Below, piece by piece: positions 13,991 to 27,117 of a stretch of 64,000 nt of DNA. Position numbers and translations under genes: made by a program. The stretch lies in contig RHPI01002048.1 in the NCBI GenBank assembly GCA_009103225.1, positions 299,702 through 363,701 of the forward strand. The letters run 5' to 3'. Source of the stretch: Chlorokybus atmophyticus (lineage: Eukaryota; Plantae; Mesostigma and Chlorokybus algae). The notes beneath the pieces were generated by a model. It worked only from the letters and a program-made list of their open reading frames with translations. It was not told the DNA's origin and made no database searches. Position 1 is the first letter of the stretch; each line of letters starts with the position of its first letter.

Positions 13991-15769
13991 ATGGCGGCTT
14001 TGGCGGAGCTGTTGGCGCAGAGAGAGAGCGTCATACAGTCGTACTTTGAGCTCACGAGGTAGCGTGTGTACGCAGAGAAGTTGATGTGTGTAGGCAGAGA
14101 TGACGATGTGTGTGCGTGTGTGCGTGTGTGTGCGTGTGCGTGTGTGCGTGTTTGTATTATACAGCATCCTATCCATTTGTTGCAGGGAAGCTGAGCTCAA
14201 CAGACCCAGAGAGCAAGCATCAGCCATAAAGATCCAGGTAACAATCTGCACCACCACCACCACCACAACAACAACAACAACAACAACAACAACACTAGCA
14301 TCCGCCCAATGCACTCGCTGTTGTCAGGCTTCTTGGCGTGGTCACGCGGTGAGGCGGGAGCTGAGTCGGCTGCGCGCGTCCGCCACGCAAGCGCAGCGTC
14401 TGGTGCGCGGCCACCTCGCGCGACTCAATGCCGACCGCAAACGTAACGACCGGGACCGACACAGGAGACAGGTACACTGTTAGTACAGTGCGTGTGTGGT
14501 GGTGGTGGTGGTGGTGATGGTGTCATTGTTGCTGGTGCCACCGCTGCTGCAGCTGTTAATGCTGCTATAGTTGTAGCAGTAGTACTAGTTGTTAATGCGT
14601 GCGTTTTATTGGTGGTGGTAGTGGTGGTGGTGGTGGGCAACAACATACACTATTGTGTCTATTGTTGTTGGTGTAGTTACTACTGCTACTACGTCCAATT
14701 TGCACATCGCTGATGATGGCATTGATGTTACAGATGTACTTTGACTGGTCAGCTACTACGGTTCAGCGTCATTGGCGTGGCCACTGGAGCCGCAAGAATG
14801 TGCACAACTACTACTCGCTCAAAGCTTACCTCGCAGCCATCATGGAGGTACAACCTTCACGCTTGCACAACAACAACAACATCAACAACATCATACATTT
14901 TCGTGTTGTTGTGCGCAATGTTGCAGAAAACACAGCAGCTCAGACTGGAGCTGGCGGAGTACAGCGAGCGGCAGCTGCGTGAGATTGCCGAACGGGAAGA
15001 GGTGCGCATGCAGAACATGTTGGGTGTTTAGTCACACACCATTATCGGCATTTTCTGACTGTGATTGTATGTGACTGTGGTGCACCAGGCGGAGAGGCAT
15101 GAGAGGTTGCAGAAGGCACTGTCCAAGAAGCACCACCTGTTGAGCACCAAAGCCTGCGCGGGAGTGTTCAACCCGCCTTGGGCAGAACTGACAGGTGCGG
15201 CAAGTGGGAGCGTACACATGCATGCGAACGTGTGCACACACATATATACACAGTGTTGTCGTGCAGGTACAAAGCCATCCGTGTCAGGCACGCCGGTTGA
15301 GGACTTGCTGCGCGACTCATCGAGGCGGGCTCTGCGTGAGTGGGGTGGAGGCTCGTCATGGGATGCGCGTTCCCACATGTCGGGCTGCAGCGGCAGTGCC
15401 AACAACAACACCCACAACAAGTGCACCCGCAGAGACGAGGTGAGGCGTACCATCCGCAAGCCCACGGTGCGTACCTCGGGCCCCTACGACGCTGAGCACC
15501 AGGAGCAAATTCGTGCCGACGCCGTGTCGCGACAGATGCGCGAGCGGGTATCGGAACAACCTTTTCGCACTGCTGTCAAGAGCAGAGAGAACTCCTCTGA
15601 GGGTGAGCCAAGGCCGCTCAGCGTGGGCGCGCCGTTTGTGGAGGCGTGGGAGACAGAGAGGGCCGAGTCGAGAAACTCAGCGGGGAAGCGGTTGTCAACA
15701 GAACCGTTCTATACCGCCGTGCATACCACAAAGCTGATCGAGGACGCTGGCACGCGACTCAGCACTTGA
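13991..15769 (+). CDS. SPATA17: IQ-motif flagellar/ciliary protein, SPATA17 family, multi-exon
   Basis: Spliced MAALAELLAQRESVIQSYFELTR-EAELNRPREQASAIKIQ-ASWRGHAVR..., ATTVQRHWRGHWSRKNVHNYYSLKAYL, KHHLLSTKACAGVFNPPW. Three IQ-like motifs plus the H(Y/H)LLST..PG.(Y/F)N.P motif of SPATA17. Confidence 0.85.
14098..14680. repeat. Intronic microsatellites (GT/GTGC, CAC/AAC, GGT runs) in SPATA17 introns
   Basis: Directly visible low-complexity runs, e.g. (CAC)n(AAC)n at 14249-14293 and (GGT)n at about 14497-14520. Confidence 0.85.
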
Positions 15770-16080
15770 TGTTGGTTGAGTTGGTTGGGGCATCAGCTGA
15801 GATATGCAAACAGTGTGCATGGGATATGTGATGGACACTCGGTAACAGCAACTGCATGTGCAGCACTATTGCATGCAGCCATCATCAGAGGGTGAAACTG
15901 CCAACGTTGTTATCAAGGCGCGGTGCATACGTCTATATAATTCACGGTCTTTCAACTCATGCACATGACGTGACAACCGCACCCGCATCAGAACTCATGG
16001 CTTGAAAGGCCCTCATGACAACGGCCCAGTTGCATATGCAAAGCCCCTCTCCCGCCCCCCCCCCCCCCCCCCCCCCCCCC

Positions 16081-16510
16081 NNNNNNNNNNNNNNNNNNNN
16101 NNNNNNNNNNNNNNNNNNNNNNNNNNNNNNNNNNNNNNNNNNNNNNNNNNNNNNNNNNNNNNNNNNNNNNNNNNNNNNNNNNNNNNNNNNNNNNNNNNNN
16201 NNNNNNNNNNNNNNNNNNNNNNNNNNNNNNNNNNNNNNNNNNNNNNNNNNNNNNNNNNNNNNNNNNNNNNNNNNNNNNNNNNNNNNNNNNNNNNNNNNNN
16301 NNNNNNNNNNNNNNNNNNNNNNNNNNNNNNNNNNNNNNNNNNNNNNNNNNNNNNNNNNNNNNNNNNNNNNNNNNNNNNNNNNNNNNNNNNNNNNNNNNNN
16401 NNNNNNNNNNNNNNNNNNNNNNNNNNNNNNNNNNNNNNNNNNNNNNNNNNNNNNNNNNNNNNNNNNNNNNNNNNNNNNNNNNNNNNNNNNNNNNNNNNNN
16501 NNNNNNNNNN
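16081..16510. other. Assembly gap (430 N) flanked by poly-C homopolymers
   Basis: N run with C runs of about 20-26 nt on both sides. Confidence 0.99.
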
Positions 16511-17280
16511 CCCCCCCCCCCCCCCCCCCGCCCGGGCGGCATGGGCGGGTGCGGTGACACCAAGTGGGAATGTATACACCATGCAAACCGACGTGCACAT
16601 GCAGTTCAACCAACACCACCAACACTCACCACATCAACCACCGGGGCAAGGCGCCTACATGCTGCCTGCTGACTACCTCTAAGTCTACCACTACCGGCCC
16701 CCTGTTAGACATGCATGCATGCATGGCATTTGCAGTCACCTGCGCTTGTGTCTTTGTCAGCGGCCTTGCTGCATCCACACATCGACCACAGCAACATGCA
16801 GACGTGGACTTCCCCTTCCTCCGCCATCTCCCTCGTCCACACCCTCGCCGCCGCCGCCTGTGCTGCCATTCAAAACGCAACTCAAGCCATTTGATGCAAT
16901 GTACGACAGTGGTTAGTGGCAGGGGTGATGGCACATCACAGCTGGCTGCATGTCCAGTGATGCAGCACTGTGCCACCAAAAACCAACCCAGTTTGTTATT
17001 CTGCATGTTGGGCACCAATGCGAAAAGCACCAACACAGTCTTGCCAACGCAGTATGGGGCCCGACCAAGCACAGTGATGCGCACGCAGTGGTTAGACCAA
17101 AACAAGCTGCCTAGCTACGAGACACTCAATCACCTAAACTACCTAGCACACGCATAATATGATGCTGAACTGCGGCTGCACCACCTTCGATGCAATGACA
17201 CAGACGACACTACACACTCAAGAGTTGTTTCTACCCTACACTACACCTTGCTGAAAACATCTTATATGTACACTGCCCAA

Positions 17281-20200
17281 TTAAGAAGAGCAGGATAGCT
17301 GGCAGATTCCTTTGCGCTGTGCCCACTTGGGAGCGGGCTGCGTGTACTTAGCATCGACTTCTGGCTGCTCGTCATACGGGCGCGAAAGGATCTTCTTGAG
17401 GGTCTCCAGCTCAGTTGTGTCACCGTTCGCCTCAATTGCCTCGATGGCAACGTGCGCGAGGTGGTTGCGCAGGATGAACTTGGGGTTCACCTTGTTCATT
17501 GCCTCCGCGCGCTCGCTATCCGATCTGCAACACGAAGCATACTGTGAGCCAACCATGCTACTTATATGCGCAATGGCATAGTTTCGTTTGACTACAGCAT
17601 CATGGTCACATGCTTGATCCCAAAGTCACCTGTTCTCCCTTAATAGCCTGGTAGAGTACTTTATCATCCAGCTCCTCCAGGATTCCTTGCGCTCAGCACT
17701 GTCGTTATCATTTGCGTTTAAGCACACCTCTTATATGTTCATCACAACCCAAACCAACTCAACATTTTGCAATTTGCGCAAACAGGCTTACTTGTCTTGA
17801 AGGGAAGGCGCAGTAGCCTCTGCAATCGCAACACCTGTGTCGCAACCGTAGTCAGACACGCTGTTACACCCTGTGGGTCTGCACAGACCCACAGGGTGCA
17901 TACTTCTAGACAGCATTGACACACAAACAAGCTAATGTGGCTCACCCTTGTCCCCCGTGGTGTCACTGGCGGGCACACGGGAGAGGGATCGGAAAAAGTT
18001 GGTGAAGTCTGCTGAGTCTGTTTGCATGTAGTTCAACAGCTCTTCCAACATCTGCGGGTCTTCATTGCCAACCCAAGTCTGCAAGCCTAGCTTTTGCCTG
18101 AACTCCTCATAAAATGCCGTCGAGAATGTGGACTGGAAGTTGTTGACAGTGGTCTGCAACATGTGGTGGTGAGTGACAAGAGCAAGGCAATCTTTCAAAG
18201 AGAAACAAGCAAGTCAACCTTGACACCCACCTGCAAGGCCTCTCTATCAACGAGCGGGGTGAGTGCATTACCAAAACGCACACAGTTCCACATAGCAATG
18301 GTCGGCTGCACAAAATGACTGGTAGCAGTGAGTAATACAGTTGTCGTCTGAAAGTCGCTGTGCAGTGGGAAAGTACACCCATTTGAACAACTGAGGTTGC
18401 AGCAGTTGACATGCACAGCTGCCACCAGCGCTGAAAACTGAACATAACTTCGACATGCATGCGCCCAAGGCGTACCTGGTTGACATAGCAGTAGCGCTTG
18501 GTGTAATCTGACGTGTTTGCAACGAAGTCTTCATCATAAGCATCCAAGTAACCATATGGACCGTAATCGATGGTCAAGCCCAGAATGGACAAGTTGTCTG
18601 TGTTCATAACGCCATGCACGAAGCCCACTGCTTGCCACTTGGCAATCAGCTTGGCTGTCGACTCCACAACAACCCTGTACCACTCTCCATACCTGAGGTA
18701 ATCGACAATAACAGTCATAACACTGGTAATCGTTGACTGTTCAACTGGAACATGCCATTGTTTTAGCAGGACACTAAATTGTCAATCAGTGCATCTTGGT
18801 TATGAGGTGGCGGGCATGGACTGCCTACCTCTTTGGCACTGGCAAGTCAGCCAGCTCCGGAAAATGATGCTGTATGGCATAATCAGCAAGCTTGGTCAAG
18901 TTGTCCACATCTTTCCTAGAGTAGAAGAGCTCAAAATTGCCAAAGCGCAGGAACGACGGAGCCACTCGGCAAACCACCGCACCCGGCTCAACCTGGCATG
19001 GTATGGAAATGTTACCATTTATGCAAATCAACACATGGTTTTTTCATAGTGCCCAAGCCTTCCTCACCTGAAGGTTGCCGTCATAAAACTGATCTCTCAA
19101 CACTCCCTCGCCCGTAGCCACCAAGCTCAAGGCACGCGTGGTTGGTACTCCAAGCGCATGCATGGCTTCTGAAACAAGATACTCCCTGACAGATGAGCGG
19201 ACCACCGCACGACCATCCGCAGTTCTGCCAACACCGGCATGTCAACACATATATTCCAACAAGAACAGCTACAAGGCTCTAGACAAACCACACATAGGAC
19301 ACCTGCCTTGAGTATGGTGTGCGGCCAGCGCCTTTGAGCTGTAGCTCCCAGCGCTCACCCCGTTGGTTGATAGCCTGCAGCAGAGCTCAAGTTGAATCGA
19401 CCTGGAATATTGTCAAGCTGCTGCAGGACAAGCGCTGGATGCAGTCACTGACCTCGCCCAAAGATATGGCTCGCCCATCTCCCAACTGGCCGGCCCAGGA
19501 GCCAAATTGATGCCCGCCATAGCACGCAGCGAACGGCTCCATGCCTGGGACCAACTTGTTTCCTGCGAATACCTGTCACACCACAGGTAAGAAGGGTGCT
19601 GACCACCATCTCAAGCAGTAAATGAGTTGACGAAACGTATGTAGCAACAGACCTGTGCGAAAGCATCGCTGGTGATGTCCTCAGGCGACAAGTCCTGGGA
19701 ACATAAGGGCATGGCACATGTTAGTGTGTGCTTGTTCCAGAGCATAATATCATTTCTTGCAAACCGAGAGCAGTATGCACACGCATGAACACACACAAGC
19801 CAGCCTACCAGCAAAGCAGCACATGAAGGTGAGTAGCTCAACAGCTTGGGTGCTTTCACTGGCGTAGGCTCAACCTTTGAATACGCTGCTCCAAGGACCT
19901 GTCAGAACGTATCTCTCAGCATCAGAAGCAAGCCACAACCGTAAGCAAGTTGGCATGCTGCGGTAAGAACCCGTATGCACCAGACCAACTACACAGGATG
20001 ACCTAGACAGCACCTGGCGGACGTGATTCTCCTCGACAGGGTCAGCTGGCAGGTTGCGCACGAACGTGTTGTCAAAGTGCAACTTGTCCAGCCCGCTTGC
20101 AGTGTCCAGCATGGCTGCCTGCAAGTCATACTAACTGAGTCTGAGTCTGAGCCGTCAAGCAATACCAGAGACTGACCGCTCATTGCAGGCGATGCTGAGG

Positions 20201-21167
20201 GATGTACACTGCATGAAGCATCGGTAGACAGCAAGAAACACATGCCAACACATACGGAACTGATAGTGCACACATGCTGACAGTGGTGTTTCCTGTGCTG
20301 CATGCAAGGCTTATACAGCAAGCGCTGGTTTACAACAGACCTAGAGAGTGGACTAAACTTTATTGTAAACTGAGACCCCGCCTGACAATGGATTATTTGC
20401 ATAACCACCAAAATCAACTTGTAAACTGTCGTTATGAGTCCAATTCACCTTGCATGAGCCACAAACACGCAACAGCGTGAGAACAAGCGACGGGTTACCA
20501 GCTCGTCTGCGGTAGCTCAGATTCCTCGGAACAAATGACCATACAGGCTGTGTGCATGCAACTGCAGATGATTCAATCGATACAGCTCTATGCATGTAAC
20601 AAACTACGTAACCCTCCCCGCCCACACACCACCGCCTCTTGCCACGTTTATACAGATGCACAGACCAGCGCAGCTGTAGCTTTATCACGCAACGATTTGG
20701 TGCAACGAACAAGGCATGTGTCACCTGACTATAGCGGGTTAGCACATACCTCAACTTACTTACTTACCTGAAATACGATTGCCCAGCAACCGACCAACAA
20801 CAGCGTACTAGAGTGGACGACAAGCATGCCTTCGGGTGCAGCAAGCACAAACAGGCTTCAGGTGTTATGGCAAACACCAAACTTGACTGCTAGTCTGATG
20901 TAACCGGGATAGTGTGGCAAAGGCTACTACATGCGTACGACAACAGTTTGCAGCTTCGCTACAAGGATCCAACATCAGAATGCGTCAGCTCACCTGCCCA
21001 GCAGCTGCGCGCACCCGTAGTCTATCGCTACCAGCAGGCCGGACCGCAGAGACTCGTCTGCGGCAGACCGACGGCAAAGAAAACCTACGCAGGCCAAACA
21101 CAGAGGCGGAGACCGACGACACCCCTGAAGACAAGACGCCGGCCACCGCCGCCGCCGCCGCCACCAT
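17281..21167 (-). CDS. SELO: Protein adenylyltransferase SelO (YdiU/UPF0061 family) with N-terminal organelle transit peptide, multi-exon
   Basis: Exons spell [126 protein letters not shown] and end GICQLSCSS*. Exon 1 ([28 protein letters not shown]...) is Ser/Ala/Arg-rich and joins in phase 0. Confidence 0.95.
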
Positions 21168-21649
21168 AGTGCCCGCCACCCTGCCAGCCGACGTGGCAAA
21201 GCGCTGTGATCAGTGATCGCCCATCACTAATCCACCGACAATGATCTGCTAACAAGCTCCATGGATCAGTGATCCTTGAACACCGACAGTCAGCACCGTT
21301 GCTGCTACCAGCGCCGACGGTCGTCACTCGCAATGTCTACAATTTTTGAGCCGTGGCGCGAAAAGCTCCGTTGTGTAAACCGGGTTTCAAGCCGATGAAG
21401 CTGGTTACATTACGCTTGCGAACCTGTGCGAACCGGAAAACGGGGCACGCTGTAGTCCGGTTAGCGGTTTGTTGTGAGAGTCGAGGTTGGTTTACGGTTG
21501 ATTACAGTTTGTTGAGGTACAGTGACAGCTGGCGTCTTGCGGTTGAGGCGGGTGACGGTAGTGACAGCTTAGGCGGCGGCGGCGGCGGTCAGGGTGCTGT
21601 GACCTGGTGAGCTTCTCCTTTCCTGCAGCCCTGCACCGCTGCCACCAAC

Positions 21650-24167
21650 ATGACGAAGGAGAGCCTTGTGTCGGCGGCGCGCACGCTTGCCGCAAACACG
21701 GGCGGCAGCATTCGGCATGAGGAGGTGGAGCAGGCAGTAGACGGGTACGCTGAAGCTTTGGTGTTGTGTGTCCTGTGTGCTAAATTAGCGCGTAAGGCTT
21801 AGGCTGTTACTGTCTTTTCAGTGCCGGTGACAGTTGGTTTGACCTTCTGGCAACAACAGCTGTCACTGGAAGCCTGTCAGCATGCTTACTTCAACACATA
21901 AGATTATCTTTCGTCATGTATACAGTTACCAGAAGTACCATTCTAGCTTTGGAGGCAGCGTTGACGCACGCAAAGCGCAGTATGCAGACATGGTAAGCAT
22001 CGCAGTTGCTTGCACAATGACGTCAGTTTTGTGCAGCACATGCTTTTAGGGTTTTGGGGTTGCGTGTTTGAACAGTTGACTGAATTGCCTTCAGGTCAAT
22101 AAGTACTACGATCTCGCCACAAGCTTCTACGAGTATGGCTGGGGCGAGTCGTTCCACTTCGCACACAGGTGCGTGTATACACCGGAAAACCTTGTGCAAG
22201 ACTCGCATCAGGGCCACTTCATGCAAGGCTATCGCAGAACTCTATACTTAGAGTGCTCAGACTTTGTGCTTGTCTGTATCAACGGTTGTAAAACTCCAAT
22301 GGTGGTAGGCAGCAAGGAGAATCACTGCGTGAGAGCATAAAAAGACACGAGCATTACTTGGCGTTGCGGCTAGCATTGAGACCGGGAATGCAGGTATTGA
22401 TGCAAGGGTGGCAAAGGACAGAGAATGTGTGCATTGTTTATTACCCATAGACCAATCTGGATGCACCAACATTGGTCATTTCATGTAGTGTATGCATGCA
22501 GAATGAAGCTCTATAAGCTATTGGTGACTGCAGGTTGTAGACGTGGGTTGTGGTGTTGGTGGTCCGTTGAGGGAGATTGCTGCTTTCAGGTTGGTTTGAA
22601 CACAATTGTTTCTAGTATCTGCATTGTTGCTTGTCCTTGGTCAGTGGATTGGTGGAACACTACATTGCTGGCATGTGCCAACAAGAGGTGGGTTTTGCTT
22701 CTGTCATGTGGCTTATGTGTTATGTTGCGCAGTGGTGCTAGCATAGTTGGCCTCAACAACAATGCATACCAGATAACAAGAGGACAGGTGTGCTTTGTGG
22801 TGCTAGATTATTGCCTCCACAAGCGGAGCAGTGGTTATGCTAACTGTGGGCAAGGGTCAGCATCATTCACTTATGCGTCACTGTGTTTCAGGCCATCAAT
22901 GAAAGGATGGGGCGAGACAGACTGTGCTCGTTCTTGAAGGTGCCTGTTTACAGCTGCTTGGTTATTGGTACCATTCATGTGCATGCCTTGCCTCAAACTC
23001 AGCATTGATGCGCATAATACAGGCTGACTTTATGAACATTCCTGTTGAGGATGGCACGTACGATGCGGCGTACCAGATTGAGGCTACCTGCCATGCGCCG
23101 GATGCGGTAAGACTACATACCTGAAACTTCAGTATGTTGCTTATGCAGTCAGTGTTGTTAGCAAAGTTGTCACAACATAGGCCAACACCTGTTGCTGACA
23201 CAGGTCGGAGTCTATAAAGAAATACATCGCGTTCTCAAACCTGGCAGTCTTTTTGCCGGGTATGAATGGTGTATGACGGAGGAGTACAACCCTGCTGACG
23301 AGCACCATCGCACACTCAAGGTACATGAGCCTGCCCAGGAATAAAGGAACTTTGCCTCTATGTCCTAGTTTGTGTCAGGTGGACTTGCTGCTAATCTTGC
23401 AGCACCATCGCCTTCCATGGGTGTGTGTCTGTCCCTCAACTTGACACCACGTGCCTGCTTTATTTGTAAAGTTTCATTCACTGTTGTTGTGTCTGTGCCA
23501 GGCAGATATTGAACTAGGGAATGGCCTGCCCGACATCAGGACAACCAAAGAGTGCTTTGCTGCGTTGCGTGCAGCCGGCTTTGAGGCAAGTGCGATACCA
23601 TCACGTTGTCAAATGAGCGTTGGCAATGATCCCCGGTTGCAACTGACACTTGCTCCCTTGGTTTGCAGGTTGAGCATTCAGAGGACCTTGCCTTAACTGC
23701 GCAAGTACCCTGGTATCAGCCTCTAGCTCCCAGCCTGTTTTCATGGTCTGGTTTCAGGTTGACAACACCAGGCCGCTTCCTCACGCGGAACTTGGTATGC
23801 GTTGCGTTCTGGTTGAGTTACTGCAGCGTGTTGTTGCAACTGTTCCACGCGCTAATAGCCACCAGCATTGGTGTGCTTGCCATGACTATGATATGTCATG
23901 CTGCACAGGTCTTTCTACTTGAAAAAGCGAGGCTGGCGCCAGCTGGCAGTTCACAAGTTAGTCAGTTTTTGGAGCGGGGCGCAGATGCTCTTGTTGCTGG
24001 CGGAAGGTAGTCAATCGCATGTGCTGTGTGCAACTGGTTAACTAGGAGTCGGATCGTTGTTTGCTTACAGCCTTGCCTTTGCCTGCAGGGCGAACATCTT
24101 CACACCAATGTTTTTCTTTGTCGCGCGAAAGCCAAGTCACAGATCACCACCTGCCGGCCAGATATGA
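21650..24167 (+). CDS. SMT1: Sterol C-24 methyltransferase (cycloartenol C-24 methyltransferase type), multi-exon
   Basis: [106 protein letters not shown] match the plant SMT1 family. Confidence 0.95.
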
Positions 24168-24509
24168 GTGAGGACTTGTATCCGCTGCAGTTTTGGTAGC
24201 AGCACATACCTCTTTTGTAAGTTAGTCTATTGTCAAGTATTCCAAAGTCGCCAATGCCTGCATCGGCTTCCTGGTGGTTGGTGGAGAGCAGCTTGACACA
24301 CAGTGTCGCGCTGCTGGTAGCTTTCCAATTATTTATTCTTTTGAGTTTATATTAGTGCCTTGAGTGGAGAACACTGTTGTTCGTGGTTAATTGACGCATT
24401 GCCACACTTTCTCAAGACGTGTTCACAGACTTAGCTTGGCACCCTGGCTTTGAAGGACCTGCTGCAGGTAAGTTGATGTGATGGCATAGCGTAACAATTG
24501 CCCCCCCCC

Positions 24510-25257
24510 NNNNNNNNNNNNNNNNNNNNNNNNNNNNNNNNNNNNNNNNNNNNNNNNNNNNNNNNNNNNNNNNNNNNNNNNNNNNNNNNNNNNNNNNNNN
24601 NNNNNNNNNNNNNNNNNNNNNNNNNNNNNNNNNNNNNNNNNNNNNNNNNNNNNNNNNNNNNNNNNNNNNNNNNNNNNNNNNNNNNNNNNNNNNNNNNNNN
24701 NNNNNNNNNNNNNNNNNNNNNNNNNNNNNNNNNNNNNNNNNNNNNNNNNNNNNNNNNNNNNNNNNNNNNNNNNNNNNNNNNNNNNNNNNNNNNNNNNNNN
24801 NNNNNNNNNNNNNNNNNNNNNNNNNNNNNNNNNNNNNNNNNNNNNNNNNNNNNNNNNNNNNNNNNNNNNNNNNNNNNNNNNNNNNNNNNNNNNNNNNNNN
24901 NNNNNNNNNNNNNNNNNNNNNNNNNNNNNNNNNNNNNNNNNNNNNNNNNNNNNNNNNNNNNNNNNNNNNNNNNNNNNNNNNNNNNNNNNNNNNNNNNNNN
25001 NNNNNNNNNNNNNNNNNNNNNNNNNNNNNNNNNNNNNNNNNNNNNNNNNNNNNNNNNNNNNNNNNNNNNNNNNNNNNNNNNNNNNNNNNNNNNNNNNNNN
25101 NNNNNNNNNNNNNNNNNNNNNNNNNNNNNNNNNNNNNNNNNNNNNNNNNNNNNNNNNNNNNNNNNNNNNNNNNNNNNNNNNNNNNNNNNNNNNNNNNNNN
25201 NNNNNNNNNNNNNNNNNNNNNNNNNNNNNNNNNNNNNNNNNNNNNNNNNNNNNNNNN
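24510..25257. other. Assembly gap (748 N)
   Basis: N run bounded by a C9 run on the left and a microsatellite on the right. Confidence 0.99.
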
Positions 25258-25433
25258 CTCTCGCTCTCGCTCTCGCTCTCGCTCTCGCTCTCGCTCTCGC
25301 TCTCGCTCTCGCTCTCGCTCGCTCTCGCTCGCTCGCTCTCTCTCTCGCGCTCTCTCTCGCGCTCGCGCTCTTGCTCTCGCTCTCGCTCTCGCTCTCGCTC
25401 TCTCTCGCTCTCGCGCTCGCTCGCTCGCGCTCG
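25258..25433. repeat. (CTCTCG)n / (CTCG)n microsatellite
   Basis: Directly visible hexamer/tetramer array. Confidence 0.95.
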
Positions 25434-27117
25434 CGTGTGCGCAGCACACTGTCATGTAATGCACATGCATGCACAGCACACGCACATCCCCAGACTCTTC
25501 CCAGCACTGTCACCACCACATAGTTCAGCAGCCGGGGGCTTGCTGGCGTCGGAGCCGGGGTGTGAGTGTTGCATGGTACTTGTGCAAGCGGTGGAGCTAC
25601 CAAGACCACCCGCCCGCAGCGTCTTCGCCTCGCTGCGGTGACCCATGGTACCCTAGGTGAGGACTTCTACTCCTCAACCTGTCTATCTTCCTCAAACTCT
25701 GCGCCCGTTCAGCAATGATTTTAGGCGTGGTAAGTGTGCGCATCATTGCAAAAGCTTCGTCACGCTGTTCTGCCAGCACGTGTGCACAGCGTGCGCGAGG
25801 TGTGGTCAGTACTGGAGCAGCAGCGGTGGCGGGGTGGGAGCCCTTGTAGGCAGCACCGCTGACGCTGGAGGTAGCCCTGGCGCTGGCAGCATCAGTGTAA
25901 CTGCGTCAGCGGCCGGGCTGAATAGTAGCGTGCATGTATGTCATGCTTGTGCGGCGTGTTAAGGTGACAGCGTGTGCAGCCAGACCATGTATATTGTTTG
26001 TAGGTGGCTGCACACGAGCATCGACGCCCTCGTTGCAGCACAGTCACCAACATAAAGTGCGATGCACACACCGCCGTACAGCATCACTATAAGTCATCAG
26101 ACCTTAGGAAGTCGTGCTATCATTCTGATGGCATTGTTAACAAGCAGTGGCTTCTGGTCGTTATAGATTCTATGGGCAGCACAAGGTCCATCAAGGGCAG
26201 CAGTTAAAAAACGAGCAGAACCAGCACAGTTCAACAGAGCACTCCTCAACCGTCACCGCTCACAGCAGACCGCAAGCAAGCAAAGCATGCCAGCAACGGA
26301 GTAAGCTGCGTTAAGCCTCGTAGGCCAGGCTGCGTGAGTTACAGATGTAACCGGGCCAGGAGACCGTGGCTGCTAGCCTCGCCCGCGCTCCATTGCAGCC
26401 TCACGCACAACCACCCCGCTGGTTTTGTGGTAATCACAATCTCTACATTTAATTAACTCAAATGGTCACAAGGTCCCAGTGTCAATGCCATAACGCTAAC
26501 CCAACAACGCAAAACCAAACACTAATATGAGTCACATGCACAGCATTGCATATTTTCTACTGATATGAGTGCAAGTGAATCTGGTGTGCATCAAACTGTG
26601 CATGTTGCCAGCCTAATTCACACCATGCAGCACAGCAGCATACTCCTTCTATACGCTACCGTTGCACATCACAATACAATTGTGCGCGTCAGTCACAATT
26701 GTACCTGTGCCTTCAAAAATAGCAAGGTCTAGTCTGCAATCGACTTAAGCAAAACAAAGCACCATAATTGAAACACATCATATGCTAATGCGCAGGTAGC
26801 GCACACAATGATCACTCAGTGCACCGAGCAATGCATACGCCATGGTGATTTGGGCGAAAGGCAACATCGCAATTGCTATCAGTACACAAAGCACGTCACT
26901 AGAAAAGCAGGCAGCGTTCTGTGTTGTTGAAATGATACGTGCTGCATTTCGCCCTAGATTGTCTATCCGTTGGTAAGTATGTCACAAAAACATCATTGTT
27001 CACGATGCAAGTCGCATAATCAAGTTCGCACGCTACTGAGTGCAACCAATGTATGGTACAGTGGGTTGGGGTATATGTGCTCAGCGCACCATCCAAGGTG
27101 CACATAGGACTGCACAA

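Noticed and set aside
15957-16682. Long ORFs spanning the first gap (and 24412-25609 spanning the second)
   Set aside because: Their length comes from N runs, homopolymers and microsatellite. The Pro-rich fragments at 16510-17150 could belong to a gene, but nothing is recognisable.
17281-17300. Selenocysteine recoding at the SELO C-terminus
   Set aside because: The relevant codon is TGC/TGT-type Cys in LSCSS and the ORF ends at TAA. There is no in-frame TGA.
25440-26400. Coding-like fragments after the second gap
   Set aside because: Splice-like signals are present, but frames are inconsistent and no family is recognisable. The adjacent gap prevents a model.
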